Source: Balanoglossus misakiensis
Taxonomy: Eukaryota; Animalia; Hemichordata
NCBI GenBank assembly: GCA_040954595.2
Contig: CM082598.2
Location: 62,001 to 126,000 of the forward strand
Length of the DNA stretch: 64,000 nucleotides
Reading direction: 5' to 3'
Below, piece by piece: positions 1 through 34,953 of this stretch; the first letter of the stretch is position 1; every line of letters begins with the position of its first letter. The position numbers and the translations under genes are program-made. The notes below the pieces were generated by a model. The model worked only from the letters and a program-made list of their open reading frames with translations. It did no database searches and was not told the DNA's origin.

Positions 1-15
1 ATGAACATCATACAG

Positions 16-2224
16 GTCGGACAGTTCTTGAACTTGTCCAAAGACGTACTCGGCCTTCATAATAACTTTGCAATGAAAGCAGTACAACAGGAAATTGATG
101 GTGCCACATTATGCTCCCTGTCCAAACAGCAAATTGCTGACATCTTTGGCAACCATCCTGATGTTGATATCGTCCATCAATATTTGATATCATGGCAAAA
201 AGGTAAACCTGGGACTTCAATTCATTTACATCATGTCAGACACGACGATGCGATGGGCAAAGTTTGTAAATTGGTCATAAGACATATGTCATGGTGACTT
301 GGTTAACCCTTACACCCTGAGCTCCCTCTTTAGAGGTCCAACCAAAATAATGAGTTTTGACTGGTTAAATTTGTTGATGTTACAAAAAGGACATATTTCT
401 CCAAATGAGATCTTTGACAAATGTACATTAACTTAATCAAACTGAAATTAGACTCATTCTGGTTTCTGAATCAGCTCAAATCAACAATGACTAGTTGTGA
501 AAGTACAGACATCTATTATCATTTCTTTTCCAGAATTTTCTTTAAAAACAGATTTTTGTTTTTGCTCCTCTAGAATTTTCTTGCATGAAGACATATTCTG
601 ATTTGAAAACAGTTAACCCCTTCAGCAACATGGCGTCACCAATGGAGGCAGACGAAATCAACGCAAATACTTTCCAGCCGACAAAGTCACCGTGTGACAA
701 TGCAGAGCATCCACATCTGTACAAATCATCATCATCATTTGCCAACAACTTAACTTCTGACATTTTAACTCTGGGATCACAAAACCTCTACACAGACATT
801 TCTCCATCATGTACAGCGACCAAACCGCAAAGCACAAATGTTTCACATTCGTCCACTGAATCAAACAACTCTACCTTTGGGAGTTTTGATCACATGCCTA
901 CAGAACAGAGAACATGTTATGACCCCTTTCTACTATCATCAGAGGAGTCGCATTCTAATCTTACCAAACACCAGAAGTCATCTGTAAAACAAAACCTTGT
1001 GTCAGCAACTGAATCAAGTACCGACTTTTCAGATTCTAATCAGTCGCTTGAGGAGTTGAAAAATCAACAAGTCATCCTGCATCAACCTCCAAGAGAATCG
1101 TGTTGGCTCAACAACAATAACGAGTCATTTGCCCACCAGGATGACTCAAGTCAATCACTCGATCTTCAAAACCAGCAAGACAAAGATGAGTTAGTTACAC
1201 AAAGAAACAACCATAGCGATTTCTATTCAAGCTCTGATGAATCAATTACAGAGGTCAGTTTCTCTCTTGTTTACATAGTATCCAACAGCAGAAAAAAGTT
1301 TTACCCTAGATTCTTTTTAAATGTCAACAATAAACAACTTGCAAGTAAAAGTTTTCCATCATTTCAGAAATTTCACTGCTTTAAATCTTTCTATTCTTAG
1401 AGCATGGATTAAAGCTTTGGTATAGTTGCTTTGTAAAGTTTATTTTTGTCATCTTGGTAAATAAATAAGTAACCACTTATGGAGTTTTCATGACTGAAGT
1501 GTTGAGAATAACTGCCCTTTATTTCTGTTTAGAATATCACAGCTGTAACTGTCAGACAACTAGAGGAGATTTGTCAGAAACAGACTTCACTAGTGTCCAG
1601 TTCACCTACCATCAAGAAAAAGCGGGGAAGACCAAAGAAAGAACGACCCAATGGAGGTAAAAAAACAATCAATTGATTACACGGAAGAAATGCAATTTAT
1701 GAAAAAATAGGCAACAAGTTTTAAAAGTTTTATCAGGGAGTTTTGACCCTCTTAAATCTGTACTTTTTTTTTTAGTTCTGTGAAAAAAAAAATGGAGAGA
1801 CCAAAAAACATATGTCCACAAGAATTTGTTTTGGGTTTTCATTGATAGATTGATTAGTTAACGGGACAAAGTTTCTCTTTTTCATGTCAAAATCCATTAA
1901 ATAGGTATTCCAAATCAATAAATAACTCATATGATGACCACACATGGCTTGAAGAATACCTTGAACTATGATTTTGCCCTACACTAAGACCGAGTTTATG
2001 CCAAACCATACGCGCGATTTGAACCAGTCGCCATTTTGAACCTGGCTCAGTGGAAAGAAGTGTAAAATCACCGTGTGAAGTCCGGAGATGAAGTTCCTTA
2101 CCTTACTGTGATTTCACTGGGACATTTTAGAACAAATTGCAGAATCTGAGTACATGTAGGTGAACATGCTATCTTCTTGGGATACATATACACAGACACA
2201 CAGTCAATATACGTGGGCGGGTGT

Positions 2225-2256
<32 letters not shown>

Positions 2257-3041
2257 CGCTACCCTACCGTGACCATGAAACTTGCGACCTGACTGTGGGT
2301 TTCCAATGCCAAGGAGTGTTTGGTTCCAACGTTGAATTTCCGAGAAAATGCTTTATCTGACCTGCAGTTTTCCAGGCTTGGCAAGTTGTGGGTGATCACA
2401 GTTACGTATACCAACACCAGACAGCAAAACACACTTGCGCATGTATAAGACTATTGAAGCTCATGCTTGAATAAACGGTACAGACCGATTATTCGTTTTG
2501 GCGCGTTTTCTACTCTAGCGTCCACATGCAGGATGGAGTCGTGTGTCGTTGAACATTGAGTCGCTATATATCTACATGTAAAATAACACAAACAGTATCT
2601 TGTATCAAACATAATTAATGGGAAAAAAAGGGGCAGCAAGAGAGAGACTTTGTCCCTTTAAACATTTTTATGTCCACATATTGGTGATGTTATTTGAATA
2701 AATATTCACACTCTGTTCATGTGCCCCTTTCAGGACGCAAGAAGAGAGAGAAGAAACTGTTATGGAAATTCTTACTAAAGCATTTGAATGGTGGAGAATA
2801 CAGCAAATGTGTTCAGTGGACAAATCGAGAACAAGGCATGTTCAAGTTCATCAGCAGTGAGAAAGAAAAAATTGCGTGTCAATGGGGACACTTGAAAGGA
2901 CATAAAAATGTGATGACATACCAAAAGATGGCACGAGCCTTGCGCAATTACACTTCAGCTTCCTCGAAAATAATGGAGAGATGTCCTGGTAGACTGCAAT
3001 ATAAATTCATTCTCAGTAAATTAAATAATTCTCTGCCATAA
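16..3041 (+). CDS. ETS transcription factor, SPI/PU.1-type ETS domain, 5' partial. Exons ~16-202, 574-1253, 1533-1656, 2734-3041
   Basis: The last exon encodes LLWKFLL...VQWTNREQGMFKFISSEKEKIACQWGHLKGHKNVMTYQKMARALRNY, matching the PU.1/Spi signature (W..KG.RK.MTYQKMARALRNY). The first exon resembles a PNT/SAM domain (IDGATLCSLSKQQIADIF). Exon 3 has an AT-hook, KKRGRPKK. Splice phases 1/0/1 join in frame. The start codon is probably upstream of the window. Confidence 0.85.
2226..2255. repeat. (CA)n microsatellite
   Basis: Direct reading of the sequence. Confidence 0.95.
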
Positions 3042-3395
3042 TATTCTTCAGGCAGAATTACTTCCCTGTCAAATCAGACAACTGTTTTCAGCAACCTGAT
3101 CAACACATAACTTTATTTGTCACCAATTAACCAGGAACTATATTGAATAATCTCTCAAAATCAGTGAAAATATACCAAGACACAAAGTTATTTTGCTGAA
3201 ATACATTTACTTTGTCTCATTGTTTGTAACCATGATACAACAGCAGCAGCTTTGAAAAGGAAATTTGGAATCGGAAGAGTTTCACAGAGTTAATTTTTAG
3301 TGCATTGTTCATCTAGAATCTTTGAGCAACACCCTTTAAGTGGAAGTTCTTGAGCAACACCTTGAACTTGCTTAAGATTTGTACACTGGCGGGCC

Positions 3396-3567
3396 TAGTC
3401 TGGAATCAAGACCGAGAGTCCCAGACAGAGTACGTACCTTTTAGAAAGACTCACACTCAAGTCTGGAGTCGAGGTCTATTATCATCATTTTTACAAGGAT
3501 AGTATACCTCGACTCCAGACTGGAGTGCGAGTCTATCTAAACCACACTCGGTCTGGATTCCTGACTA
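3396..3567. mobile_element. Palindromic MITE with TAG...CTA termini (possibly Academ-type)
   Basis: Outer arms TAGTCTGGAATCAAGACCGAG ... CTCGGTCTGGATTCCTGACTA, inner arms AGTCTGGAGTCGAGGT/ACCTCGACTCCAGACT. Imperfect 9-bp flanks TGGCGGGCC/TGTTGGGCC. The superfamily is an inference. Confidence 0.7.
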
Positions 3568-3754
3568 TGTTGGGCCAGTCTCACCCCAAGAAACTTGTGT
3601 TTCTTTCTGAGCAGCATAACAAAGATATCTTTAATTGGATAACATTTTCATGTGGTCAAGCTGGACAATATGTTTGACATGTGTGACAGTAAAAAAGCAT
3701 GATCTGCATAGAAATTTCAAGAACATTTTTTTACTTATAAAAGAAAGAAACTAA

Positions 3755-3985
3755 AAAAAATTGCGTACTTGAATGAAGAAAATAACAGAAAATCATGTAC
3801 TTAAATGAAGAAAATAACAGAAAATCGCGTACTTAAATGAAGAAAATAACAAAAATCATGTACCCTAAATGAAGAAAATAACAGAAAATCGCGTACTTAA
3901 ATAAAGAAAATAACAAAAATCATGTACTTAAATGAAGAAAATAACAAAAACCATGTACTAAAATGAAGAAAAAAACAAAACATCA
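3755..3985. repeat. Minisatellite, ~32-bp unit AAAATCATGTACTTAAATGAAGAAAATAACA(G), ~7 copies
   Basis: Repeated GTACTTAAATGAAGAAAATAACA units are visible directly. Confidence 0.9.
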
Positions 3986-4011
3986 CATACAACATAAAAG
4001 TGTAGATAAAA

Positions 4012-4185
4012 TACTCTTTTCATAAGTATAGCACCCCTTATGCAGCCATTATGATTTTGAACTCAAAGCAAGGCCAATGGGGAAAAGTTTACCAATCACA
4101 TTGAATGGGTTTCCCCATTGGCCTCGCTTTTACTTCAAATTCATGATGGCTGTGAGAGGGTGCTAGAATTATTAAAAGGGTGTAT
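4012..4185. mobile_element. Foldback/palindromic MITE
   Basis: Left arm TAGCACCC...CAGCCAT.ATGA.TTTGAA...AAAGCAAGGCCAATGGGGAAA pairs with right arm TTTCCCCATTGGCCTCGCTTT...TTCAAATTCATGATGGCTG...GGGTGCTA. Confidence 0.75.
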
Positions 4186-4744
4186 AGAATAAAACATATT
4201 TATAGCAGGTCTACCTAAGGTAGAAGCAGACCAAATATTAAAGTCCAGTATGCATAGACATACAATTGTACCAATGTCACATGTATCTCCTTCAAAGTTT
4301 TTGCTGAGCCTGTGGGTATATACAGACTTAGATCCCAGAGAGCATGTGATTTCCCATGTAACTCAAAATGCCATAGTGCATTGTTTAACTCTGGATTAAA
4401 TTTGTTAGCTACAGACTTGTAGCTAACTGGATAGAAAACGTATAGGAACAGAGAATTCCATGTGAAGAACTGTCATTACGGAGTGTCTAACTCACACATT
4501 AAAATGAAAGTTTTCAAATAAAAGAAAAGTCCGTTTTTCATATCACCATGATATTTTGCATACATCCCACAGCAGGGAACCAATCATAGTCTTACCCTAT
4601 TGGTATCCAAGGTGATTTTCTATATATTTAGCATATTAATAACAGCAACATGCACCATGCAATCTTCTTTGACCAATCCATGAATTGCTTGTCACCAAGA
4701 ACTGCTACTTGGATAGTACTACATCTTGTAAGTCTTGTACTCCA

Positions 4745-26743
<21,999 letters not shown>

Positions 26744-26788
26744 TTTTCCGCGTTGACATCATATACTGATAAAAGTGACAGCTGAGTT

Positions 26789-26829
26789 GTCAGGTGACCA
26801 GCCCGGGTGACAAAAAGCTGTCAGGTGAC
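26789..26829 (-). promoter_or_regulatory. Two CLEAR-like E-boxes (GTCACCTGAC) just upstream of the TPC2 start codon
   Basis: GTCAGGTGAC at 26789-26798 and 26820-26829, each one mismatch from the MiT/TFE CLEAR palindrome GTCACGTGAC. A YY1-like AAAATGGCGG lies at ~26876. Confidence 0.45.
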
Positions 26830-27149
26830 AGATGAGACTCGGTCCTTCGACTCGCAAGTCGCGTCGCACTTTTTAAAAATGGCGGAAATGATAATGATTG
26901 AAAGAACTTCTATAATCTGTCGCTGAGGGCATGCAACACAGTCTGTCTCCATCGGGTATGCGCATACAATATACAAGGCAAAGTATTGGGCAAAGTCGTT
27001 CGCTTTTGACATATTTTGGTTATTTTCTTTTAGTAGACTGCTTTTGGTGTTATGCTCACTTGGTGTTACGAAAAGCGCAAGTTTCAATATTGTGGTTCAC
27101 AGAAATAGTCTCAGTAGTTAAACAGGATCGATTGCATGGTCGTTGAACT

Positions 27150-27484
27150 CACAGGCGCTCAAGACGATCGCTTCGCGATGGGGGGCTGCAGTTCGCGATA
27201 TGGGGGTGGGGGTGGGGGTGGGGGCTTCAGTACCCCTATAATATAAGAGAAGGTACGAAACGCCAGGCCAGGATACTGACGAGAGCACAATGTTCAAGCG
27301 GCGATTTCGCTGCGAAAATTTCATTAAAACTTACCGAAATGCGGCGGGTAGAAGCTAACAAGTATATTTTTTGTGATCCATAGCAAAATATCATATTATA
27401 GGGATACTGAAGCCCCCCACCCCCACCCCCATCGCGAATTGCAGCCCCCCCCCTATCGCGAAGCGATCGTCTTGAGCCCCTGTG
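27150..27484. mobile_element. MITE with ~95-bp TIRs (CACAGG...) and a perfect 8-bp TSD GTTGAACT (hAT/P-like)
   Basis: CACAGGCGCTCAAGACGATCGCTTCGCGAT...CTTCAGTACCCCTATAATA is mirrored at the right end. GTTGAACT at 27142-27149 and 27485-27492. Confidence 0.9.
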
Positions 27485-28816
27485 GTTGAACTAGCAGTGG
27501 CAGTATGTCGGATTACTGGAAACATACATGTTCATGATGATCTATAGCACTTTTTATTTCAGACTTTAAAAAAAGTTCGTATACAGAAAATCTACTAAGC
27601 CACCGATATGAAAAATACATAAAAATTACAGGGGCTACAATATATTTTGATTAACTCTATCAAAAGCTGAGATGCGCATCAAGAAAACAAGTAAACACTG
27701 GTCCCCCATTGCTGGTGTAATAGATAATGATTTCTTTAAATGCAAATAAACACAGGCCAATTGAATGTTCTCGCTTGAAAACAAAACGTAAATAATGAGA
27801 GGTAACAAAAGCAAACTCCTCACAACGAGACAGTAGATATACGTTACCGACACACGAGGGCGCTTGGCAACTCGGTTTTCAAATGACCTTCACTTTTAGT
27901 GGTTGACATATGATACTTTCCATCCTTCAACTTCAGGGTGTGGAACAAACAATTCAAAGTCTGCAGAATAGACAAGTCATTGTCCAGTGTTCCGAAGAGA
28001 AACTCAAACGAAGGTTGGTGCATAGATATTCGACAATTTTACATCCAAAACTCAACGTAGCAAGTATTTGTTGACATAAGGCTTGCAACAATCAACACTC
28101 AACATCCGATGTATTAGACAAGATACATTGTCCTTTAATTGTCTGACCCTGCTTTAAATCTATAGTGCCAACTGCAGGTGAATATATTGATTTGATGTAA
28201 CCCTAGTCTACTTCATACATCACTTGATTCAGATTTGGTTAATAAATCGCTTATTTGTCAGTGGTAACGGTCTCCACATTTGACAATGTTTGTGAAATTG
28301 TGTATCGATGTGAGCTTGTTTTATGGCTTTGAATTGATTCCTTTCTGCCTGTCGGCGTGTTACGTAACCACAAGCGACTGTGGTTCAGGCGATGAACGTG
28401 CGTCAGCTAGTAACACTGCAGCATTTTACCAACCACCCTTTCTCGCCCCTCCTTCTTGCACTTCAAGACAATAGTACATCAGCAAACCACGAGAAAATTG
28501 TTGTCATCAAGCCGGCCAGTATGCTTCATCATCTGAACCGCGGGGACGAGTTGAGCAGACGCCACTGTGATATACCGCCCTCACCGTCCAGTACTGACAT
28601 TTATTTTGTTTTAAAAGTGTATGCCAGGCAGGCTGGACTTGAATGCATTTGCCGACAATTGCATTGTTATGCAAATTAACCAATGCTGTATCAGAAACTC
28701 CTATTCCTTGGGAGAACACTGATTACAACTTTACTATGGAATATTTGCAATTCATTATCATACAACTCACACCATTGTATTATTCTGATATACTGTAGGA
28801 AGTCACGTACGTCACA

Positions 28817-30304
28817 ATGGCTGATGGAGATGGCATAGTGGTCACTGCTAGTTTCTCGAGCAGCTCGACTATATTCGGCATTTGTCAAGTAATCTTCGGA
28901 TCTCTGATTATAATATTGGGAGTTGTCACAATTGTATTGGAATGCGCATTTTATCAAGCTGGTGCACCATTTTGGATGGGATTTCTGGTAAGTCCAAATT
29001 GTAAAGTGGTTATCACTTAACCAGGTTTTGTACTCCAAGCCGTAATAAATGTGTATGTTGAGTACTAGTGTTATTATACTTTTGTAAGGCATTGTTAACA
29101 CACCTTCAAGTTGTACTGTGCTTTGGGTGCATAAACCCATAGGCAAATAGTCCCTGGAGTACCAAGCTTGGCACTTTTTATCCCATTTTTAGTATTCAAA
29201 ATGGAAAAAGTTGATGAAACCCTAGAATGTAATTTATATATATATATTATATCAATTGTTTGTTGATGACTTTCCTTTAATCTTTTAAAGTTTGTTGTGA
29301 CGGGAGTGATGAGCATTCTTTCCTCAATGAAGAAAACAAGAAAGACGGTAAGTGCTTAAGTTTATAATTCATTTTACCCGATCTTCCTTTGATGTGAGTG
29401 GAGATGATTAAAGCTATGCATGTGTATTTGCTTATAGGTTTTATTGAATGTTTTTTTTTCACACCAAGTAACACAAAATTGTGACATCTTATTGCTTGCT
29501 TTTTTCAGATTCATACATCTATGGTGCTGTCAATAGTTTCTGCAGTGTTCAGTGTGGTCTTTGTGGTTTCATATTTTATTGCTCTCGTGCTGGAAGATAT
29601 TATCGTTAGCAGCATTGAAGAGTGTCATTTAGGTACATGGTCTTATGAAAAGTGTGACGCTTTGAAGGTAATATGTGTGTGTGTATATGTATGTATCTTG
29701 ACTTAATCTGACTTCGAACATTACATCAGTTCAACTAGTCAACCCATACCCTAGGGTCTATGGTCAGCCAGATTTCATATGTGTGTAATCACACAAATAA
29801 ACATGGATCTATTCATATCAGATTCATGATATAGTATTATGATTGAAATTATCGACAATACATTGTAATTATGTCCATGCGAAAGTTAAACTTCCATACA
29901 ATTTTAAATCATGACACAGCTTTTTAAACCTTTTCGTTTCAGAGACGCAACAGGATTGTTAATGGTGTCTTGATAATACTAGCAGTTTTGGAGGGCATCA
30001 CTGCAATCCTATCTTCGGTTCTTGGTTGTAGAAATCTGTGTGACTGCTGTCGTAGCCAACCTGAAGTAGCGGTGGTAACTAATTATTGATCTTAATTTTT
30101 AGAATTCTTAGTTAAAGGTCATGTTTTGTTTAAAAGCGATGTCTTTTATGTGGGTGGGCCCTGCAATCACTCTGGAGTAAGTGTGATGATAATTGTCACC
30201 ATGAACAACTTTCCCTATTTGCTGTGTTAATATTTGGGAGAGAAAAAATTCTAAAATTTCATTGTTTTATGCAGGAGTATTCTGTAGGAGAAGAGGGGAA
30301 ATAG
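28817..30304 (+). CDS. MS4A/CD20-like four-pass membrane protein, ~182 aa. Exons 28817-28987, 29291-29347, 29509-29667, 29943-30074, 30275-30304
   Basis: GICQVIFGSLIIILG, GAPFWMGFL|FVVTGVMSI, SMVLSIVSAVFS and LIILAVLEGITAILSSVLGC fit the CD20-family pattern. All introns are phase 0 GT-AG. A 3'UTR exon starts at 30463, with AATAAA near 30580. Confidence 0.8.
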
Positions 30305-31449
30305 ACAATGGAAGACAACATTTATTCATGGTGTAAGTAACGATTATTAAAGGGACATTAGCTGTAACATTTATTTTTATTTTCGGTATGGTAGACAGCA
30401 CTCTGAATGACATATTATCCAGTCTAAAGTGTGACTGTAACTTATCCATTTTTTTTTTAACAGATCCAAGAAACCTGAAGGGGTGTGCAAATAAACAACT
30501 GTTCAAGAAAAAGGTGGATGCTACAGTCAAATGGGTGTACAGATATGTCACATTTTACAATTTCTTTATGTAACCATTCAATAAAATTCAAAAAGTGTGT
30601 TCTATTTGGGTGTGCTTTCTTCTACCTGTTATAATTCACTTTTCAAAATTATTATTCACTGTCCAGAGCCACTGGGTTGTCTAATTCAATTCAAAATATA
30701 AATCCAAGCTTTAGCCAATCAGGAAGCTGGTATTGAGCGGTATCACATCTGCAAGATTTGCAATGACTGTATTGCTACTGTTTTGTGTATCTGGTGACAG
30801 TAAAAATCAAAACAATTTTATTTTTGAGAAATTCGCTTGAATGAATATGAAAAATCACAAAAACGCGACGTCAATGGATTTTCAGTTGGATTTCAAATCA
30901 CACGTTGCAAAAAAAGTCCTCAGTTAATGCCATCTACTGGGCAAACCAGAACGAACAGGAAATCGAGATTGACTGAAAGGGACTGTTCAGAATTTAGATC
31001 CAGGGTGGGCCGGAGGATTTTTCCCTAATCCCTGAAGAAATATGTTGAAATGCCTATAGCACAGCCAATATGTGTAGAGTCAAAATTGCGCATGCAGTAA
31101 TATGAAACATTGAATTCAAGGCAAGACTACAAATCATTTGTCAACATCATAAGGCTATGCTCACAAACAAAGACGCAATATATGATGTTCCAAAAGAACA
31201 AAAAGACAAATCTAGATTCTTTTACTGTGAAAAATTGACAGCACGCCGAATTTCGGTAACCTCAAACACAGCGACGTGTTCATTTCATTGCGTGTTTCAT
31301 TCACTTTGCTTAGCGCACAGGGGAGCGTTCTGCTTAAAAGAAGAGCTGGCGCTCTCACTTTCCGAACCACAACTGGCGCATCATCTGTGGAGTGGTACTA
31401 GTCGGAGTGATGTGCATTTCGTTCGCATGATTGTAATACCGTATGCCAG

Positions 31450-31563
31450 AATATTGGAAGTGGGGAAAAGGGAAGCCTATTTTAACGGAAATCTGAAATC
31501 GACAAGTGATGTACATTTCAATCGGTGATCCTCGCGCGCCCAGCTGCTGATAGTACGGTAAGC
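31450..31563 (+). promoter_or_regulatory. Putative promoter and non-coding first exon (donor ACG|GTAAGC at 31557/31558), probably of the DUSP-like gene
   Basis: Locally CpG-rich with a strong donor, and I found no coding exon before the acceptor at 45533. The link to the DUSP-like gene is an inference. Confidence 0.35.
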
Positions 31564-33354
31564 AACGTCGATATAGGGCCTATAGTGTGGGTACCTATCG
31601 ATTTGTTTTTGATGAACCCAATAATGCAGTTAATGTGGCTTCATACTGATTGTATTTGCTCCATTCATGTGATACTGATCTCAAGACTCAGTCGGATCAT
31701 AGATGACTAAAGTGCCCCATAAAAAGGCCAGCTAGTTGCGCAGCCCAGTTTTCGCGTCTGAAATGAAATGTACACAACGCGCGTACGTGTACGTACGTAC
31801 ACACTGTCATGTTGACGAATGACAAATAGACCCTGTCAAATGTAATTGGAACGACCAGAATTTTAACAGCATGTCGCAGACGCTAATCTGGCGCCTTTGC
31901 GGACTGATTTATCGCTGTTTAGAGCTGAAATTACAAAATTACCAAAGCGTAATGCTCAACAGAGATGTGTACACTGTGATCAAATAAAACGGATGTTTTG
32001 AACAAAATTCGAACAGTTTTCTGTGGTGAGGATGATATCCTCTCGATGTAAAAACAAGCAAACACATTGGCCCTGTTGCTCAAGATACGATGAAAAATGC
32101 TGTCGAAAAATACGACGCTCATGATTAATCCCAATATGCTACTGTGGGTTATGTTGCTTTATATTAATTATTTCTAGTCAAAACAAACATGTGCACCATA
32201 ACGAAACATTGAATGATACACTATTGAAAAAAATATGAATTTTTATTTATTTCACATTGCAATTCGAAACATTCAAATGGTTATCTACAGTGACACGTTT
32301 TCAGAGAGATGTCGCATGAACACAATAGACGGCCATGATGTGAGCGTCAAACCGCACTGTTTCACAAGCCAATAAAATACTACAGAGCTTTTTACAGAAA
32401 CTATTTCCCAGTTGGTGGGACTGCACTGCCACATAAATTGACCATGAAGGTGGGAAATGACATCATAGCCCTGTTGCCCCATTCAATACATGAATACACA
32501 TTATCACTGTCATTATTCCTCTGTGTGTGAAATCACCAATGTCATGTGATGAGGTCACTGAATAGAATATTAGCAGTTTCGCTTGACGTGTTGAAAGAAC
32601 ACATCAGGCAGGCTCTGATACATGCCAATATTGCCATGGGTCAGAGATTTTTGCACTGGAAAAGAATAAATGAGTAATGTTGCATGGGCGATTAAAAGAG
32701 ACACATCTATGATATAAGTCGGGCAACAATGATCATAATGATCGTTCTGAGATCTAACTGTAGACGATTTTGATACATACATACATTCAGTTGGCTGGTT
32801 AAAAGGGTTACCAATAACAACAGTCGCTACCTAGCAACCGTTTACATGGAGATGACGACCATCGCTCGATCGCCGAACAGCACTTAATGGCATGGCCCAG
32901 AGTACATTTTTGGAGTTTTCCCAAAATGTTGAGAACTGCATACAAGAGTGTTATGCTATCACTCGTTTGCTTTGACATGGAGAGAACTGACTTCTAATAT
33001 TTCTGTGTGAAAGCTTGCCAATATAAAGAACTTAATTGACAGAGAATACACGTTATACATGTAGTGATGTTTCGATGGCTTAAATTCGCCGTTCTTATTC
33101 AGCATTCATGTTCTGATGTAATAATCCACATTAGCAAATTCCTGTCAACAAGTGAAATACCATGTCTGTTCATCAAAGGACACAATTGTCATCGGACAAA
33201 GACATCACCAATAACTCTATTATACGAGTGCATAATGGTATGACAATCTAATCAAACTAGCAGACGTTGTCAATGGATACGATGGTACATGTCCTAATTG
33301 TGATTGTGAATAGTCTACTGACATTCCACGTTGTTGACGTTAAATAGCTCGCTG

Positions 33355-33450
33355 ATGTATGTATGTATGTATGTATGTATGTATGTATGTATGTATGTAT
33401 GTATGTATGTATGTATGTATGTATGTATGTATGTATGTATGTATGTATGT
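33355..33450. repeat. (ATGT)n microsatellite
   Basis: Direct reading; about 24 units. Confidence 0.97.
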
Positions 33451-34953
33451 ACATACATCAATATACCCGAAACCAATTACAGTATGTTAATTAACTACTC
33501 AACATCTGCGTGTGTCAAAACAGAGGCCGAATGTTATTTGAGAAAAAATATCAGGAAAATTTGGAGCATTTGATTTGCCCCTCCTTTGATCTTTTTAATT
33601 ATTGCCATGGTGATAGAGCGTAGGCCGCAGGGCAATCGAGCGTTTGTGCACGTTTTTTCAATTATAAATATTACTTATTGAAAGTATTCGTGTATATCTG
33701 AACAGGTAAACGCTTTCAGGTTTGTCCTATGCTATTAACATTGTCGTGAAGACCAAGTTATAATCCATTGAAGAGAAAATTAACCTAACCGTTGTAAATC
33801 CTTGTAGGATTACCAGCAGACAACAATAATGCAATACTTAATTTGAGTTCAAGATTTCAGTACATGGCCGATCATAACATGAATTGAGTATGTAATAAGA
33901 TATACCATTATAGACTTACAAATGAAGCATATCATGTGGCCTATCATACAATAGTTCTCGGTTTCAGGGTCGAATAACTATGGAAATAAAGATACAGAGT
34001 CCAATAATACCATGCGTCACAGGCATAGCTCGCCTATGAAAGCGAAACCAAGTTGTTTTTCCTTGCATATCGGAATATTAAACAGAAGTTCATTTTTTTG
34101 TTCTCTGCCAAATAAGCGACAGAAGACGCCGAGTCCGAGCTTAGAAATAAATTGAAACAAAACACAAAACACATCATGTGTGATGGGACATGCATATACA
34201 TGTATATAATGTACTCTGTGCTTTATCTAGACCTTGCGCTGAATAATTTGTGAGATAGTTAAACACGAACGCGATCATGTTCGAGGGGACATGTATACTA
34301 CTTAATTTATCTAATAGAAATGTCGCTGAATAAAGTAAAAAATCACAGAATCTTGTCGGATAACAAATACTAGTAACTGTTGATTGAACTATACACAGCT
34401 TTGCGTATCCTGTTTAAGCTTTCTGCCAATCGGGCGCTTCATTTTCCTTTGCCCAATCATAATGAAATCGCCTGCTAAAATGTAGCAGTTAGTTGGTGTT
34501 TATTATTGCGTTCGCTTGATGTCAAATTGCAACTTTTTGGAATTTCTCCCGCTCGGTTCTGAGTTGTCAACATTCTCTTTATAGCAATAAAACGTGCTCT
34601 TTTAGTTGGCCAGACTCTTAGCAACCTTGTTCATATCACGTCAAATCTCAGACGAATAGATGTGCTGCCGTGATCAAGTACTGATTTGACTGCGGCTCGT
34701 ACTCAGGATGTACAGTCTTGTAATCTCAAGAGTGAAACACCATGGTGTTCAGGTAAGAGGATTCGCAGTATATTTCCAACATAATCGAGGTTTTGATGTG
34801 AGATGGTTGGACACAGGAAATTAGCATTGTCAGTCTGTCAGCGGTAGGCAGATACAAAAAGCCTGACAAAGACAAGCTGTGAAATTGAGGTGTATAACTC
34901 TACACCAGGAAAAAGAGGCCGGGGAAAATGGAAAGTACCCAGAGTCTTGTTAA

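Noticed and set aside
531-573. Upstream acceptor (CAG 531-533) for ETS exon 2
   Set aside because: It is out of frame and hits a stop at ~600. The TAG at 571-573 gives the in-frame junction.
27150-27190. CACAG terminus as a RAG/Transib RSS-like signal
   Set aside because: The heptamer is CACAGGC/CACAGGG rather than CACAGTG, there is no nonamer, and the TSD is 8 bp rather than 5 bp.
33257-33573. ORFs (YIHT)n and (MYVC)n
   Set aside because: Translations of the (ATGT)n microsatellite.
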